From: Crocinitomicaceae bacterium
GTDB lineage: Bacteria > Bacteroidota > Bacteroidia > Flavobacteriales_D > Crocinitomicaceae
Length of the DNA: 64,000 nucleotides
Assembly: GCA_030830785.1 (NCBI GenBank)
Contig: JAURMI010000007.1
Location: 49,383-113,382, forward strand
Direction: 5' to 3'
The notes below the pieces were generated by a model, which saw only the letters and a program-made list of their open reading frames with translations, had not been told where the DNA came from and ran no database searches. How positions within the stretch are numbered: the first letter of the stretch is position 1; each line of letters begins with the position of its first letter. Position numbers and translations under genes: made by a program. Shown here in pieces: positions 30,852 to 41,093 of this stretch.

Positions 30852-32147
30852 TTATAATGACCAATAAGTTAAATCTTTTATTCTGTTTCGATAAATACCC
30901 TTTACATCGACGAAAATACCTTTCCCATCTTTTAAAAGACTTTTAAAATAAGACTCGTCATAATTCATATATTCATTGTGATTCACTGCTAAAATAATCG
31001 CATCGTAATCATTGCGCAAAACAGAGGTAAGACTTAAACCGTATTCGTGTTCCATTTCCAGCGAGTCTGCATGTGGGTCTATGAGGTCTACATTAATTTG
31101 AAAGGATTGTAATTCAGAAATCACATCGGTTACTTTTGAATTTCGAATGTCAGATACGTTTTCCTTAAAAGTAGCACCCATTACCAGAACATGGGCTTCT
31201 TGAATGATTTTTCCTTGAGCAATTATTTTTTTGGCAGTTTGTTTGCCAATATAAAAGCCCATAGAGTCATTTACATAACGCCCTGAATTAATTACCTTGG
31301 AATGGTAACCAACTTGTGTTGCTTTATGAACCAAATAATATGGGTCTACGCCGATGCAATGCCCACCAACTAGGCCAGGGTAAAATTTTAAAAAATTCCA
31401 TTTTGTTCCAGCAGCTTCAAGGACATCAAAGGTGTTAATTTGAAGTTTATTAAATATAATGGAAAGCTCGTTTACTAAAGAAATATTAACGTCGCGTTGT
31501 GTGTTTTCTACAATTTTTGCGGCTTCTGCTACTTTAATACTTGTGGCACGATGCACTCCAGCTTCAACTACTAATTCATAGGTAAGAGCGATTTGATCTA
31601 AAGAATGCTTACAACAGCCCGACACAATTTTCATGACATTTTGTAGTGTATGCTCCTTATCTCCTGGATTGATACGTTCTGGGGAATAACCAACCATAAA
31701 ATCTTCTTGGAATTTTAACCCGGATTTTTCCTCAAGAATAGGTATGCAGTCCTCCTCGGTACAGCCTGGATATACGGTTGATTCGTAAACTACATAATCC
31801 CCTTTTTTAAGTACCGCACCCACGGTTTCGCTCGCACTAAGCAATGGTTTTAAGTCTGGAAGATTTGTATCGTCAATAGGCGTAGGTACCGCTACAATAT
31901 AAAATTTGGCTTGGGATAAGTCGGATAAATTACTGGTAAAGGCTATACTTCTTTGCTTAAAATATGAAGAATCAAGTTCTCTACTTGGGTCTTCACCACG
32001 TTTCATTTGTGCGATGCGTTCTGCATTAATATCAAAGCCAATCACATCAATATGCTTTGCAAATTCAAGGGCAATGGGTAGTCCTACATAACCCAAGCCA
32101 ATGACGGCAAGTTTTGCATTTTTGTCGATGAGGTCCTGGTAAATCAT
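30852..32147 (-). CDS. nucleotide-sugar dehydrogenase, UDP-GlcNAc 6-dehydrogenase-like (WbpA/TviB family)
   Basis: 431 aa. VIGLGYVGLPIALEF Rossmann motif, catalytic GGHCIGVDPYY. Context with WbpB/D/E-like genes. Confidence 0.8.
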   Translation of the reverse strand: MIYQDLIDKNAKLAVIGLGYVGLPIALEFAKHIDVIGFDINAERIAQMKRGEDPSRELDSSYFKQRSIAFTSNLSDLSQAKFYIVAVPTPIDDTNLPDLKPLLSASETVGAVLKKGDYVVYESTVYPGCTEEDCIPILEEKSGLKFQEDFMVGYSPERINPGDKEHTLQNVMKIVSGCCKHSLDQIALTYELVVEAGVHRATSIKVAEAAKIVENTQRDVNISLVNELSIIFNKLQINTFDVLEAAGTKWNFLKFYPGLVGGHCIGVDPYYLVHKATQVGYHSKVINSGRYVNDSMGFYIGKQTAKKIIAQGKIIQEAHVLVMGATFKENVSDIRNSKVTDVISELQSFQINVDLIDPHADSLEMEHEYGLSLTSVLRNDYDAIILAVNHNEYMNYDESYFKSLLKDGKGIFVDVKGIYRNRIKDLTYWSL

Positions 32148-32152
32148 GAGTT

Positions 32153-33184
32153 TTAATGTTGATTATTTAATTGTGCATCGCGCACGGCATAAATTCGTTC
32201 AATAATATCTACGACTTTCATTCCTTCTAGCGCATTTGTGGTGGCTTCAGATTGACCATTAAGCGTTTGGATAACGTTTGAGATCACATAGTTGTGATTT
32301 GCTGCAGATCCTTTATATGGACCATAGTCGTTTCCTGGATTTGTTGGAGATAACTGAGGCATCTGGTAGTTTTCGATATTGCAAATCTCAACCTCATTCA
32401 TGTACTGACCTCCAATTTTTACCGATCCATTTTGTCCAATAATGGTCATACTAGACTCTAGGTTCTTATTGGCGACGGCTGTAGAATAATTTAGGCTTCC
32501 CATTCCTCCGTTAATAAAGTCAAAACTTACAAATCCAGAATCTTCAAAATCCGTTAAATTTTTATGTTTGAAATCGGCAAATTTGCCTTGAATGTTTTCA
32601 ATATCTCCAAAAAGCCAAAACATGATGTCTATGAAGTGACTAAATTGAGTAAAAAGGGTTCCGCCATCTAGTTCTTGTGTGCCTTTCCACCCACCTGCCT
32701 TGTAATAACGTTCATCACGGTTCCAATAGCAATTGAGCTGAACCATATAAATGTCACCCAGTACCTTGCGATCGACAACATCTTTTATCCATACAGAAGG
32801 TGGAGAATAACGGTTTTGCATGACGCAAAAAACTTGCTTAGAAACTTGCAGCGCTTTATAAATTATTTGCTCGCAACTTTTTTTTGTTAGGCCCATTGGT
32901 TTTTCGCAAACGACGTGTTTTTGCGCATCAAGTGCCATTAATGCTAATTCTGCATGGATCCCGTTTGGCGTACAAATATTTACCACGTCAAATTCAATAT
33001 TACTTTTGAGTAAGTCTGAAAGTTGGTTAAAAAAGGGCACATTGAAAACTGAAGCTTCGCATTCTTCAGTTCCACGTGGATCTACCATTGCTACTAATTC
33101 TCCTGCTGAATCTCGCATAATCATTTCGGCATGGCGCTTACCAATATGTCCTGCCCCTACTACGGCAAATTTTATTTTACTCAT
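32153..33184 (-). CDS. Gfo/Idh/MocA oxidoreductase, WbpB-like (UDP-GlcNAcA 3-dehydrogenase candidate)
   Basis: 343 aa. [14 protein letters not shown]-terminus, EKP motif (CEKPMG). Confidence 0.75.
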   Translation of the reverse strand: MSKIKFAVVGAGHIGKRHAEMIMRDSAGELVAMVDPRGTEECEASVFNVPFFNQLSDLLKSNIEFDVVNICTPNGIHAELALMALDAQKHVVCEKPMGLTKKSCEQIIYKALQVSKQVFCVMQNRYSPPSVWIKDVVDRKVLGDIYMVQLNCYWNRDERYYKAGGWKGTQELDGGTLFTQFSHFIDIMFWLFGDIENIQGKFADFKHKNLTDFEDSGFVSFDFINGGMGSLNYSTAVANKNLESSMTIIGQNGSVKIGGQYMNEVEICNIENYQMPQLSPTNPGNDYGPYKGSAANHNYVISNVIQTLNGQSEATTNALEGMKVVDIIERIYAVRDAQLNNQH

Positions 33185-33752
33185 CTGTTTTAGTTACTAA
33201 GCCTTCATAAAGTTGATAATTCTGCCCACTTTCAGGGCAAACGGCACGTCCTTGGGCATTAAATTCAAGTCTGTGTCCATATTCAGACATCCAACCAATT
33301 TGTCTTGCGGGATTGCCTACCACTAAAGCGTATGGGGGAACATGTTTAGTAACAACAGCACCTGCCCCAATAAAGGCGTATTCTCCTATGTCATGCCCGC
33401 AAATAATGGTGGCATTGGCACCAATACTTGCACCTTTACCAACATGCGTTTTAGCAAAACTATCTTGTCGGTTTATAGCACTTCGCGGATTAATGACATT
33501 GGTGAAAACCATTGATGGACCTAAAAACACATCATCAGCACACTCAACACCAGTATATATGCTAACATTATTTTGCACCTTAACATTATTTCCTAGCACC
33601 ACTTTTGGGCTAATCACTACATTTTGTCCAATATTGCATTTCTCTCCAAGCACACATCCTGTCATCAAGTGTGAAAAATGCCAGATTTTGGTTTCATTGC
33701 CAATTTGGCAATCATCATCTATTACTGCTGTTGGATGTGCAAAGTAGCTCAT
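33177..33752 (-). CDS. left-handed beta-helix N-acetyltransferase, WbpD/WlbB-like
   Basis: 191 aa with hexapeptide repeats and a [20 protein letters not shown]-terminal region, as in WbpD-type enzymes. Confidence 0.8.
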   Translation of the reverse strand: MSYFAHPTAVIDDDCQIGNETKIWHFSHLMTGCVLGEKCNIGQNVVISPKVVLGNNVKVQNNVSIYTGVECADDVFLGPSMVFTNVINPRSAINRQDSFAKTHVGKGASIGANATIICGHDIGEYAFIGAGAVVTKHVPPYALVVGNPARQIGWMSEYGHRLEFNAQGRAVCPESGQNYQLYEGLVTKTDE

Positions 33753-34738
33753 TATTTAGTAATGTATTGTTCAAAATTGTTGTGTTCTGTATGGCGCAAA
33801 TCATCAGCCGAAAGGCTTCTAAAATAAGCAAATGTGCGCTTTAGCCCATCCTTTCTATCAATTTTTGGTTCCCAATCTAATATTGAACGCGCCTTAGTAA
33901 TATCGGGTTGACGTTGTTTTGGATCATCGATTGGAAGATCTTTGAATACCACTTTTTGATTTGTATTTGAAAGAGCAATTATTTCTTTGGCAAATTGTTC
34001 AATGGTAATTTCATCAGGGTTACCTAGATTAATGGGGTCTACATGGTCAGAATGTAATAACCGAACTATACCTTCAATAAGGTCATCAACGTAACAGAAG
34101 CTTCTTGTTTGAGAACCATCTCCAAAAATAGTGAGGTCTTCGCCCCTCAATGCTTGCCCTATGAAAGCGGGGAGTACACGACCATCATTCAATCGCATTC
34201 TTGGGCCATAAGTATTAAAAATACGCGCGATGCGTGTTTGTATACCGTGAAAATTATGATAAGCCATTGTGATCGCTTCTTGAAATCGCTTGGCCTCATC
34301 ATAGACACCTCGCGGACCAACAGGGTTAACGTTACCCCAATAACTCTCAGGCTGAGGATGAACGCTAGGATCCCCATATACTTCAGAAGTGCTTGCTATC
34401 ATGAGTCGAGCTCCTTTTGATTTTGCCAAGCCCAAACAGTTATGAATGCCGAGCGACCCTACTTTTAGGGTCTGGATTGGAATCTTTAAATAATCAATTG
34501 GGCTAGCAGGCGAAGCAAAATGCAATATGTAATGTAAATCACCAGGAATATGAATGAATTTGCTCACGTCGTGGTGGTAAAATTCAAAGTTTGATTTGCA
34601 AAAAAGGTGTTCAATATTTTTTAACCGCCCTGTAATAAGGTTGTCCATGCCAATTACGTGGTATCCGTCGTTAATAAAACGATCACAGAGATGAGAGCCC
34701 AAAAAGCCGGCTGCCCCGGTTACCAAAACACGTTTCAT
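33752..34738 (-). CDS. UDP-glucuronate decarboxylase (UDP-xylose synthase, SDR family)
   Basis: 328 aa. [21 protein letters not shown] (YxxxK), [10 protein letters not shown] typical of UXS. Confidence 0.85.
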   Translation of the reverse strand: MKRVLVTGAAGFLGSHLCDRFINDGYHVIGMDNLITGRLKNIEHLFCKSNFEFYHHDVSKFIHIPGDLHYILHFASPASPIDYLKIPIQTLKVGSLGIHNCLGLAKSKGARLMIASTSEVYGDPSVHPQPESYWGNVNPVGPRGVYDEAKRFQEAITMAYHNFHGIQTRIARIFNTYGPRMRLNDGRVLPAFIGQALRGEDLTIFGDGSQTRSFCYVDDLIEGIVRLLHSDHVDPINLGNPDEITIEQFAKEIIALSNTNQKVVFKDLPIDDPKQRQPDITKARSILDWEPKIDRKDGLKRTFAYFRSLSADDLRHTEHNNFEQYITK

Positions 34739-36057
34739 GCATTATTATTTATAGTTCTTCTTCCAATACTACTATAGTAAAAACCTTTATCAGTCATTTC
34801 ATCCATGTCATAAAGGTTTCTCCCGTCAAAGATAACGCTATCTGCCATGAGGTCTTTCATTGCGTTAAAATTTGGGTTTCTAAATGCGCTCCATTCAGTG
34901 CATATAATAAGCGCATCTGCATCTGAAAGCGCACTGTATTGGTCCTTAGCAAATGTGATTTTTTCACCATAGATAGCCTCAACATTTTGCATGGCTTCGG
35001 GATCATATACAATTACTTTTGCGCCGGCGGCTAAAATTGAATCAATCAAAAAAAGCGAAGGTGCTTGACGGATGTCATCTGTATCGGGTTTGAACGCCAA
35101 ACCCCAAACTGCAATTTTTTTACCACTTAGGTCTCCCCGAAAGAAATTTTTAATACGCGGTAAAAGAATTGTTTTTTGTTGTTCATTAACCTCTATGACC
35201 GCTTGAAGAATTTTAAAATCGAATTGATGCTCTTGTCCTGATTTAAAAAGTGCTTTCACGTCTTTAGGAAAACATGAACCGCCATAGCCAATTCCCGGAA
35301 ACAAAAATCGCTTTCCTATGCGATTGTCAGAACCAATTCCTATTCGCACTTTATCGACATCGGCTCCAACAAGCTCACAAAAATTTGCAATTTCATTCAT
35401 GAATGTAATCTTTGTGGCTAAAAAGGAATTGGCAGCATATTTAGTTAATTCTGCAGATTTTTCATCCATAAAGTAAATTGGATTCCCTTGCCGAACAAAT
35501 GGTTTATAAAGACTTTCCATGATTTTAGCTGCCCGCTGATTTGAACAGCCAATTACAACGCGGTCTGGTTTCATGAAATCAGCAACTGCATAACCTTCTC
35601 GTAAAAATTCCGGGTTAGAAACTACCGCAAATTCTACAGTGCTATTTGCTGCTATAGCTTCATGGACCAAATGGGCAGTTCCGACAGGCACAGTACTTTT
35701 ATCTACGATAACTTTAAAGTCCTTAATGAGATTTCCCAGCTGGGTGGCGACATTTAATATATAAGATAAATCTGCAGATCCATCTTCTCCTGGGGGTGTT
35801 GGTAATGCCAAAAAGATTATTTCTGCATCCGAAATTCCATGGGCCAAATCGGTAGTGAATTTTAACCTTTCTGCTTTGATGTTTCGCTCTAATAGAATAT
35901 CGAGTTCGGGCTCATAAATGGGAATTATACCCTTTTGCAATTGTTCAACCTTCCATTTGTCAATATCAATACAGACTACAGTGTTGCCCATCTCGGCGAA
36001 ACAAGTTCCACTTACTAAGCCAACATAGCCCGTTCCTACAACTGCAATTCGTTTCAT
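34735..36057 (-). CDS. ugd: UDP-glucose 6-dehydrogenase
   Basis: 440 aa. [12 protein letters not shown], catalytic [10 protein letters not shown]. Confidence 0.9.
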   Translation of the reverse strand: MKRIAVVGTGYVGLVSGTCFAEMGNTVVCIDIDKWKVEQLQKGIIPIYEPELDILLERNIKAERLKFTTDLAHGISDAEIIFLALPTPPGEDGSADLSYILNVATQLGNLIKDFKVIVDKSTVPVGTAHLVHEAIAANSTVEFAVVSNPEFLREGYAVADFMKPDRVVIGCSNQRAAKIMESLYKPFVRQGNPIYFMDEKSAELTKYAANSFLATKITFMNEIANFCELVGADVDKVRIGIGSDNRIGKRFLFPGIGYGGSCFPKDVKALFKSGQEHQFDFKILQAVIEVNEQQKTILLPRIKNFFRGDLSGKKIAVWGLAFKPDTDDIRQAPSLFLIDSILAAGAKVIVYDPEAMQNVEAIYGEKITFAKDQYSALSDADALIICTEWSAFRNPNFNAMKDLMADSVIFDGRNLYDMDEMTDKGFYYSSIGRRTINNNA

Positions 36058-37181
36058 TTGAAAAATGATTTGAAATTTTCTATAATATACGACAATTGTT
36101 CTTCATCTAATTCTGTATGAATAGGTAAACTCAAAACTTGGCTACAAAGTTCATCTGAAATTGGCAAATTAATATCGTTAAGCTTAAAGTGTGAAAACAT
36201 ATTCTGTCTGTGTGCCGCAATAGGATAATAAATCATGGTTGGAATGCCCGCATCTTTCAAGTGCGCTTGAAGTGCTGCTCGATCATAAAGAGTTAATTTT
36301 AGCGTATATTGATGAAAAACATGTTTTGAGTAGACATTTCTAAAAGGAATTTCTACTCCTGGAATTTGTGCAAATGCATTATCATATGCCGCTGCTACAG
36401 CGCGCCGTGCATCAATATAGTTATCGAGTTGCCTTAATTTTATTCTTAAAATGGCTGCTTGAATGGCGTCCAATCGGGAATTACAACCAACAATGTCATG
36501 GACATATTTTTTCTCTTGACCGTGATTGGCAATCATTTTGATTTTCTTTGCCAATTTGGCATCGTTGGTATATAATGCACCGCCGTCACCATAGCACCCC
36601 AAATTTTTACTCGGAAAAAACGATGTGCAACCTATGTGTCCCAATGTACCTGTTTTCTGAACACTTCCATCATTAAGATGAAAGTCGGAACCAATGGCTT
36701 GTGCGTTATCCTCTATTACAAAAAGGTTATGTTTGTTGGCAATTGACATTATTGCGTTTAAATCTGCAGCTTGCCCAAATAAATGGACCGGTACAATTGC
36801 CTTAGTTCTTGAAGTAATTGCATTCTCTATGGCTTCTGGTGAGATGCAAAAAGTACTCGGATCAACCTCAACAAAAACTGGGGTTAAACCTAAAAGCGCT
36901 ATCACTTCTGTTGTAGCTATGTAGGTAAAACTCGGTGTAATAACTTCGTCGCCTGATTTAAGGTCAAGGGCCATGAGAGCAATTTGCAACGCATCAGTGC
37001 CGTTGGCACATGGAATAACGTGCGTTGTATTTAAGTAAGACGCCAATTCACTTGAAAATGACTCGACCTCAACTCCTCCAATGAAGGTACTGCTCTGAAA
37101 AACAGAATTGATAGCGTCATCTATAGCCGGCTTGATTTTAAGATACTGAGTCGAGAGATCGACCATTTGGATGTCCTTCAT
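36054..37181 (-). CDS. DegT/DnrJ/EryC1/StrS family aminotransferase (WbpE-like)
   Basis: 375 aa. PLP-lysine region FFPSKNLGCYGDGGA. First gene of the minus-strand sugar operon. Confidence 0.88.
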   Translation of the reverse strand: MKDIQMVDLSTQYLKIKPAIDDAINSVFQSSTFIGGVEVESFSSELASYLNTTHVIPCANGTDALQIALMALDLKSGDEVITPSFTYIATTEVIALLGLTPVFVEVDPSTFCISPEAIENAITSRTKAIVPVHLFGQAADLNAIMSIANKHNLFVIEDNAQAIGSDFHLNDGSVQKTGTLGHIGCTSFFPSKNLGCYGDGGALYTNDAKLAKKIKMIANHGQEKKYVHDIVGCNSRLDAIQAAILRIKLRQLDNYIDARRAVAAAYDNAFAQIPGVEIPFRNVYSKHVFHQYTLKLTLYDRAALQAHLKDAGIPTMIYYPIAAHRQNMFSHFKLNDINLPISDELCSQVLSLPIHTELDEEQLSYIIENFKSFFK

Positions 37182-37212
37182 TCTGCTAAAATCTTGATTG
37201 AAGTTTAGTAAG

Positions 37213-37220
37213 CAAAGTTA
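37213..37220 (-). promoter_or_regulatory. candidate -7 promoter box (TAACTTTG on minus strand) for the nucleotide-sugar operon
   Basis: Matches TAnnTTTG, 32 nt upstream of ATG 37181. The same 12-mer AAGCAAAGTTAA recurs upstream of purF. Confidence 0.3.
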
Positions 37221-37416
37221 AACAAACACTACTATATATAAATATTAATTGACAAAGAACTTCACTTTTCAAATCCAAGTTCAATATTTCATATAAATAA
37301 TCCAATCCCTTTTATCTATTGTTAGAGTTTAAACCCTCATTCGATTGAGCTTTAAAAAATTGGATAGCGATAAATAATTGGATAAATACCTTCAAAAATT
37401 ACATCTAATTTATTCT

Positions 37417-37424
37417 TAAATTTG
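37417..37424 (+). promoter_or_regulatory. candidate -7 promoter box (TAAATTTG) for the cupin-pgi transcription unit
   Basis: Matches TAnnTTTG but lies 109 nt upstream of ATG 37533. No clear -33 element seen. Confidence 0.2.
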
Positions 37425-37532
37425 ATCCTCATAAATCCTATTAAGCTCGAGTGAGATTAACATGTTTGTTGTTTAATTGAAATACAAAGAACTAGATCCT
37501 GGATTTAAGAAGGAGTATAACACATTTTACAC

Positions 37533-38000
37533 ATGAGCAATATAAAAGACCTACTTACCAATTTCAATATTATTGATTTTGATCTCAAACGCCCTTGGGG
37601 AGGTTTTTATGTCATTGATGAGTCACAAGCACAGCAATTTGCCGATACCTTTTTTGATGGGCTTTCTATCGAGACCCTACTAATTGGCGGAAAATTGAGT
37701 CCAAAAATATTATTAGTTTCGCCAAATAAACGCTTGTCTTGGCAATACCACAATCGTCGTGCTGAAATTTGGCGCGTGATTAGCGGACCAGTGGCAGTTG
37801 TTAGAAGTAATACTGATGAAGAGGGAGAAATGATGGTGCATCAAGCTGGTGAATATATAAAACTCAATCAGGGTGAACGCCATAGATTAATAGGCTTGGA
37901 TCAGCAGGCAATCATTGCGGAGATATGGCAACATATTGATTTAGATCATCCTTCCGATGAGTTGGATATCATTCGCGTTCAAGATGATTTTGGCCGATAA
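37533..38000 (+). CDS. cupin domain protein, type II phosphomannose isomerase-like
   Basis: 155 aa. RPWGGFYVIDE and SWQYHNRRAEIW...GERHRL cupin motifs. Confidence 0.7.
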   Translation: MSNIKDLLTNFNIIDFDLKRPWGGFYVIDESQAQQFADTFFDGLSIETLLIGGKLSPKILLVSPNKRLSWQYHNRRAEIWRVISGPVAVVRSNTDEEGEMMVHQAGEYIKLNQGERHRLIGLDQQAIIAEIWQHIDLDHPSDELDIIRVQDDFGR

Positions 38001-38026
38001 ATACTTTCATTAAATGGATTAAAGAA

Positions 38027-39616
38027 ATGGCTTTAAAGGCAATTAACCCATCAAAAACTACTTCTTGGCAAAAACTACAAGTACATTTTGAGCAAGTCAA
38101 GGGTCAAAAAATGCAAAACTTGTTCGCCGCTGATGCCAAGCGAACTGAGAAAATGCATGTCAATTGGCAAGATTTTTGTCTAGATTACTCTAAAAATATT
38201 GCTACAGACCAAACGATCGAATTGCTGCTGCAATTGGCTCAGGAAATGGATTTGAAAAATTCCATAGAACAACTTTTTAATGGTGCCATAATTAATCAAA
38301 CTGAGCATAGAGCAGTACTTCATACAGCGCTAAGATCAAAGCAGTCAGAACCAATTGTTATTGATAATCAGGACATAATCCCAGAAATAGAGCGTGTAAA
38401 AGCTAGAATGAAAGCTTTTTCGCAAAAAATAATTTCTGGCCAACACAAAGGTTTTGCAGGTCATCCAATTACAGATATAGTTAACGTGGGTATTGGTGGT
38501 TCAGATCTTGGTCCTGCCATGATAACTGAAGCACTACAATTTTACAAAAACCGACTCAATGTCCATTTTGTTTCCAATATTGATGGCGATTATATTCAAG
38601 ATTTACTCGAAACGCTTGTGCCTGAAACCACGCTTTTTGTTGTAGTTTCAAAAACGTTTACCACTCAGGAAACTTTAACAAATGCCAATACCATCAAGGA
38701 TTGGTTCTTAAAAAGTGCTAATGAGAAAGACGTAAGTAAACATTTTGTTGCCGTTTCGACAAACCTTTTGAAAGCACAAGAATTTGGTATAGCCTCAGAC
38801 AACGTTTTTCCCATGTGGGATTGGGTAGGAGGCCGCTTTTCTTTGTGGGGGGCTGTGGGTCTTTCGATTTGTCTGTCAATAGGTTATGATCATTTTGAAA
38901 TGCTACTAGAAGGTGCTAACCAAATGGATTTACATTTCAAAAATGCAGAATTTGATTCAAATATTCCAGTAATGATGGCCTTGTTGAGCATTTGGTATAA
39001 TAATTTTTTTGGCTCACAGACAGAGGCTATTATTCCATACAGTCAGTATTTGCACAAATTGGTTCCGTACCTTCAACAAGGCATAATGGAAAGCAATGGC
39101 AAACATGTAGGCAGAGATGCAGAACGGGTTACATATCAGACTGGAACAATTGTTTGGGGCGAACCTGGTACAAATTCACAACATGCTTTTTTTCAATTAA
39201 TTCATCAAGGCACAAAATTAATCCCGACAGATTTTATTGGATTTAAAAAATCATTGCATGGCCATAAGGAACATCACGATAAATTGATGTCAAATTTCTT
39301 TGCTCAAAGCGAAGCATTATTAATGGGCCGGCCGCCAAAGTTGGGCTTAACTCCCTTCAAAGTTTTTGAAGGGAACAAACCAAGCAATACGCTTCTAATC
39401 GATAAATTGACGCCAAAAAGCCTAGGTTCGCTAGTAGCACTTTACGAACATAAACTTTTTGTTCAAGGTGTAATTTGGAATATCTTCAGTTTTGATCAAT
39501 GGGGTGTAGAATTAGGCAAAGAATTGGCCAATAGCATTTTAGAAGAGATTCAAACAGGAAAGCTTGCCAAGCATGATTCATCAACCCAATTCTTGTTAAA
39601 TAGATTTTTAAAATAA
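38027..39616 (+). CDS. pgi: glucose-6-phosphate isomerase
   Basis: 529 aa. VGIGGSDLGP, catalytic region GEPGTNSQHAFFQLIHQGT, WGVELGK. Confidence 0.93.
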   Translation: MALKAINPSKTTSWQKLQVHFEQVKGQKMQNLFAADAKRTEKMHVNWQDFCLDYSKNIATDQTIELLLQLAQEMDLKNSIEQLFNGAIINQTEHRAVLHTALRSKQSEPIVIDNQDIIPEIERVKARMKAFSQKIISGQHKGFAGHPITDIVNVGIGGSDLGPAMITEALQFYKNRLNVHFVSNIDGDYIQDLLETLVPETTLFVVVSKTFTTQETLTNANTIKDWFLKSANEKDVSKHFVAVSTNLLKAQEFGIASDNVFPMWDWVGGRFSLWGAVGLSICLSIGYDHFEMLLEGANQMDLHFKNAEFDSNIPVMMALLSIWYNNFFGSQTEAIIPYSQYLHKLVPYLQQGIMESNGKHVGRDAERVTYQTGTIVWGEPGTNSQHAFFQLIHQGTKLIPTDFIGFKKSLHGHKEHHDKLMSNFFAQSEALLMGRPPKLGLTPFKVFEGNKPSNTLLIDKLTPKSLGSLVALYEHKLFVQGVIWNIFSFDQWGVELGKELANSILEEIQTGKLAKHDSSTQFLLNRFLK

Positions 39617-39631
39617 AAAAGCATCATTTCG

Positions 39632-40996
39632 ATGAAAAAATATTTGTTCCTCATTTTTCTTTTTCCTTTCGCTTGTTTGGGTCAATCAGAATTAAAAGTG
39701 TCTCGTCAGGCCCAATTATGTTATTCGAATTTTGATGATGTCTTTTTTGTCATAGATGATTCCACTGGGTTTTTTACCTATAATTCTAAAATAGGAAAAT
39801 GGAAACGGCATCCGTTGACCCTCGAACTAAGTGATGGCTATGTTTTTGAAGAATTTAAACGTAGGTTTTCTCCCATGGCTGTTGGAAAATCACATTATTT
39901 ATTTGTGCAAGACGGTTGTGGAATGGTATATGAGCTTAAAAATGATACCCTTAAACGCATCGATAAAAGTTTCGACCAAAGACACCAATTTTTCAGTGCC
40001 ATGTACGCCGAGGATGGGATAGCATATATGTTTGGAGGTTATGGATTGTTTACTTCGAAAAATACCCATACTTATTTTGACATCCAAACTAAGGAGTGGT
40101 ATCAAGTTCAACATAAAGGCATAGATTACCCACCAGCCCGAAATTCTCCTCTTCAGATCAAAACAAATCATGGGCTTTATGTTTTGGGTGGTTATGAGAA
40201 GCGATTAAATCAAGACATAGTCTTAAATGATATTTGGTATTTTAATTTTAAATCAAAAAAGTGGCAGTTATTGGGCCAACTTAATTCAAGTATTTTAGAG
40301 CATATTGGCAAGATTAATTTCATTCAAAATAGAGATTATCACATTTTTGCTTCAGAAAATCATTTATTTACTATCAACCCTCAAAACAATCACTTTGCTA
40401 CTTATCAGTCGAATCGATATTTTAATATTCATTCGTTAATAACTGATAAAAAAAGGGAATTTGTTTTAATTGCAAGCCATGGTACAGCTGAAGGAAAAGA
40501 AGCGTTTTTAAATGTCAAAAAACTCAAGAACATCCTTTATGGGCAACCTATAGAAGCTGAACTATTTAATTCAAATTCATGGTGGAGTAGCCTCTCCTAT
40601 GCGCAACTACTTTGGGGTTCAGTTATTTTAAATTTTCTTTTAATAATATTGGTTGTTTATATTCGAAGAGGCGTTAATAAAAATAAAACCAATCCTCGAC
40701 AAAGAATTTTGAGACGCTCTGATTTCACAGATTCTGAATGGGAAATTTTACAACTTGTTTCGAATAATAATGAATTAGAGTTGTCTTCTATAAATTCTTA
40801 TTTTGATGAGCCAGGCCTTTCCTTTGAAACGCTCAAAAAACGTAGAGAAAGTTTCATTAGAAGTTTGAGAAATAAGATGGCAAATCTTACTAATATCCAA
40901 GTCGACAAGTTATTAGTTGAAAAGAAACATACCATGGATAAACGAATGAAAATAATTTGTTGGAATAAAGAGTTATCTTTTGAATCAGAAAAGTAG
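39632..40996 (+). CDS. signal peptide - Kelch-like beta-propeller - single TM - cytoplasmic HTH-like tail protein (putative membrane-tethered regulator)
   Basis: 454 aa. Cleavable-looking N-terminus (FPFACLGQ), Kelch-like GG repeats (MFGGYGLF, YVLGGYE, DIWYFN), hydrophobic segment at residues about 321-344, C-terminal FTDSEWEILQLV...LSFETLKKRRESFIRSL resembling a LuxR-type HTH. Confidence 0.5.
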   Translation: MKKYLFLIFLFPFACLGQSELKVSRQAQLCYSNFDDVFFVIDDSTGFFTYNSKIGKWKRHPLTLELSDGYVFEEFKRRFSPMAVGKSHYLFVQDGCGMVYELKNDTLKRIDKSFDQRHQFFSAMYAEDGIAYMFGGYGLFTSKNTHTYFDIQTKEWYQVQHKGIDYPPARNSPLQIKTNHGLYVLGGYEKRLNQDIVLNDIWYFNFKSKKWQLLGQLNSSILEHIGKINFIQNRDYHIFASENHLFTINPQNNHFATYQSNRYFNIHSLITDKKREFVLIASHGTAEGKEAFLNVKKLKNILYGQPIEAELFNSNSWWSSLSYAQLLWGSVILNFLLIILVVYIRRGVNKNKTNPRQRILRRSDFTDSEWEILQLVSNNNELELSSINSYFDEPGLSFETLKKRRESFIRSLRNKMANLTNIQVDKLLVEKKHTMDKRMKIICWNKELSFESEK

Positions 40997-41093
40997 CATA
41001 GAGCTGCTTATTCATATTTACCTAAATTAGTTTCATAGTTATAGCACAAATTTGAGGAGGGGTTAATTCAATGAATAAGCGTAATTTTATCTC

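Noticed and set aside
33313-33747. 144-aa plus-strand ORF antisense to the WbpD-like acetyltransferase gene
   Set aside because: It lies entirely inside a well-supported hexapeptide-repeat CDS. Its composition is Ala/Pro/Thr/Cys-rich and low-complexity, as expected from reading a repeat gene backwards, and it has no independent start context.
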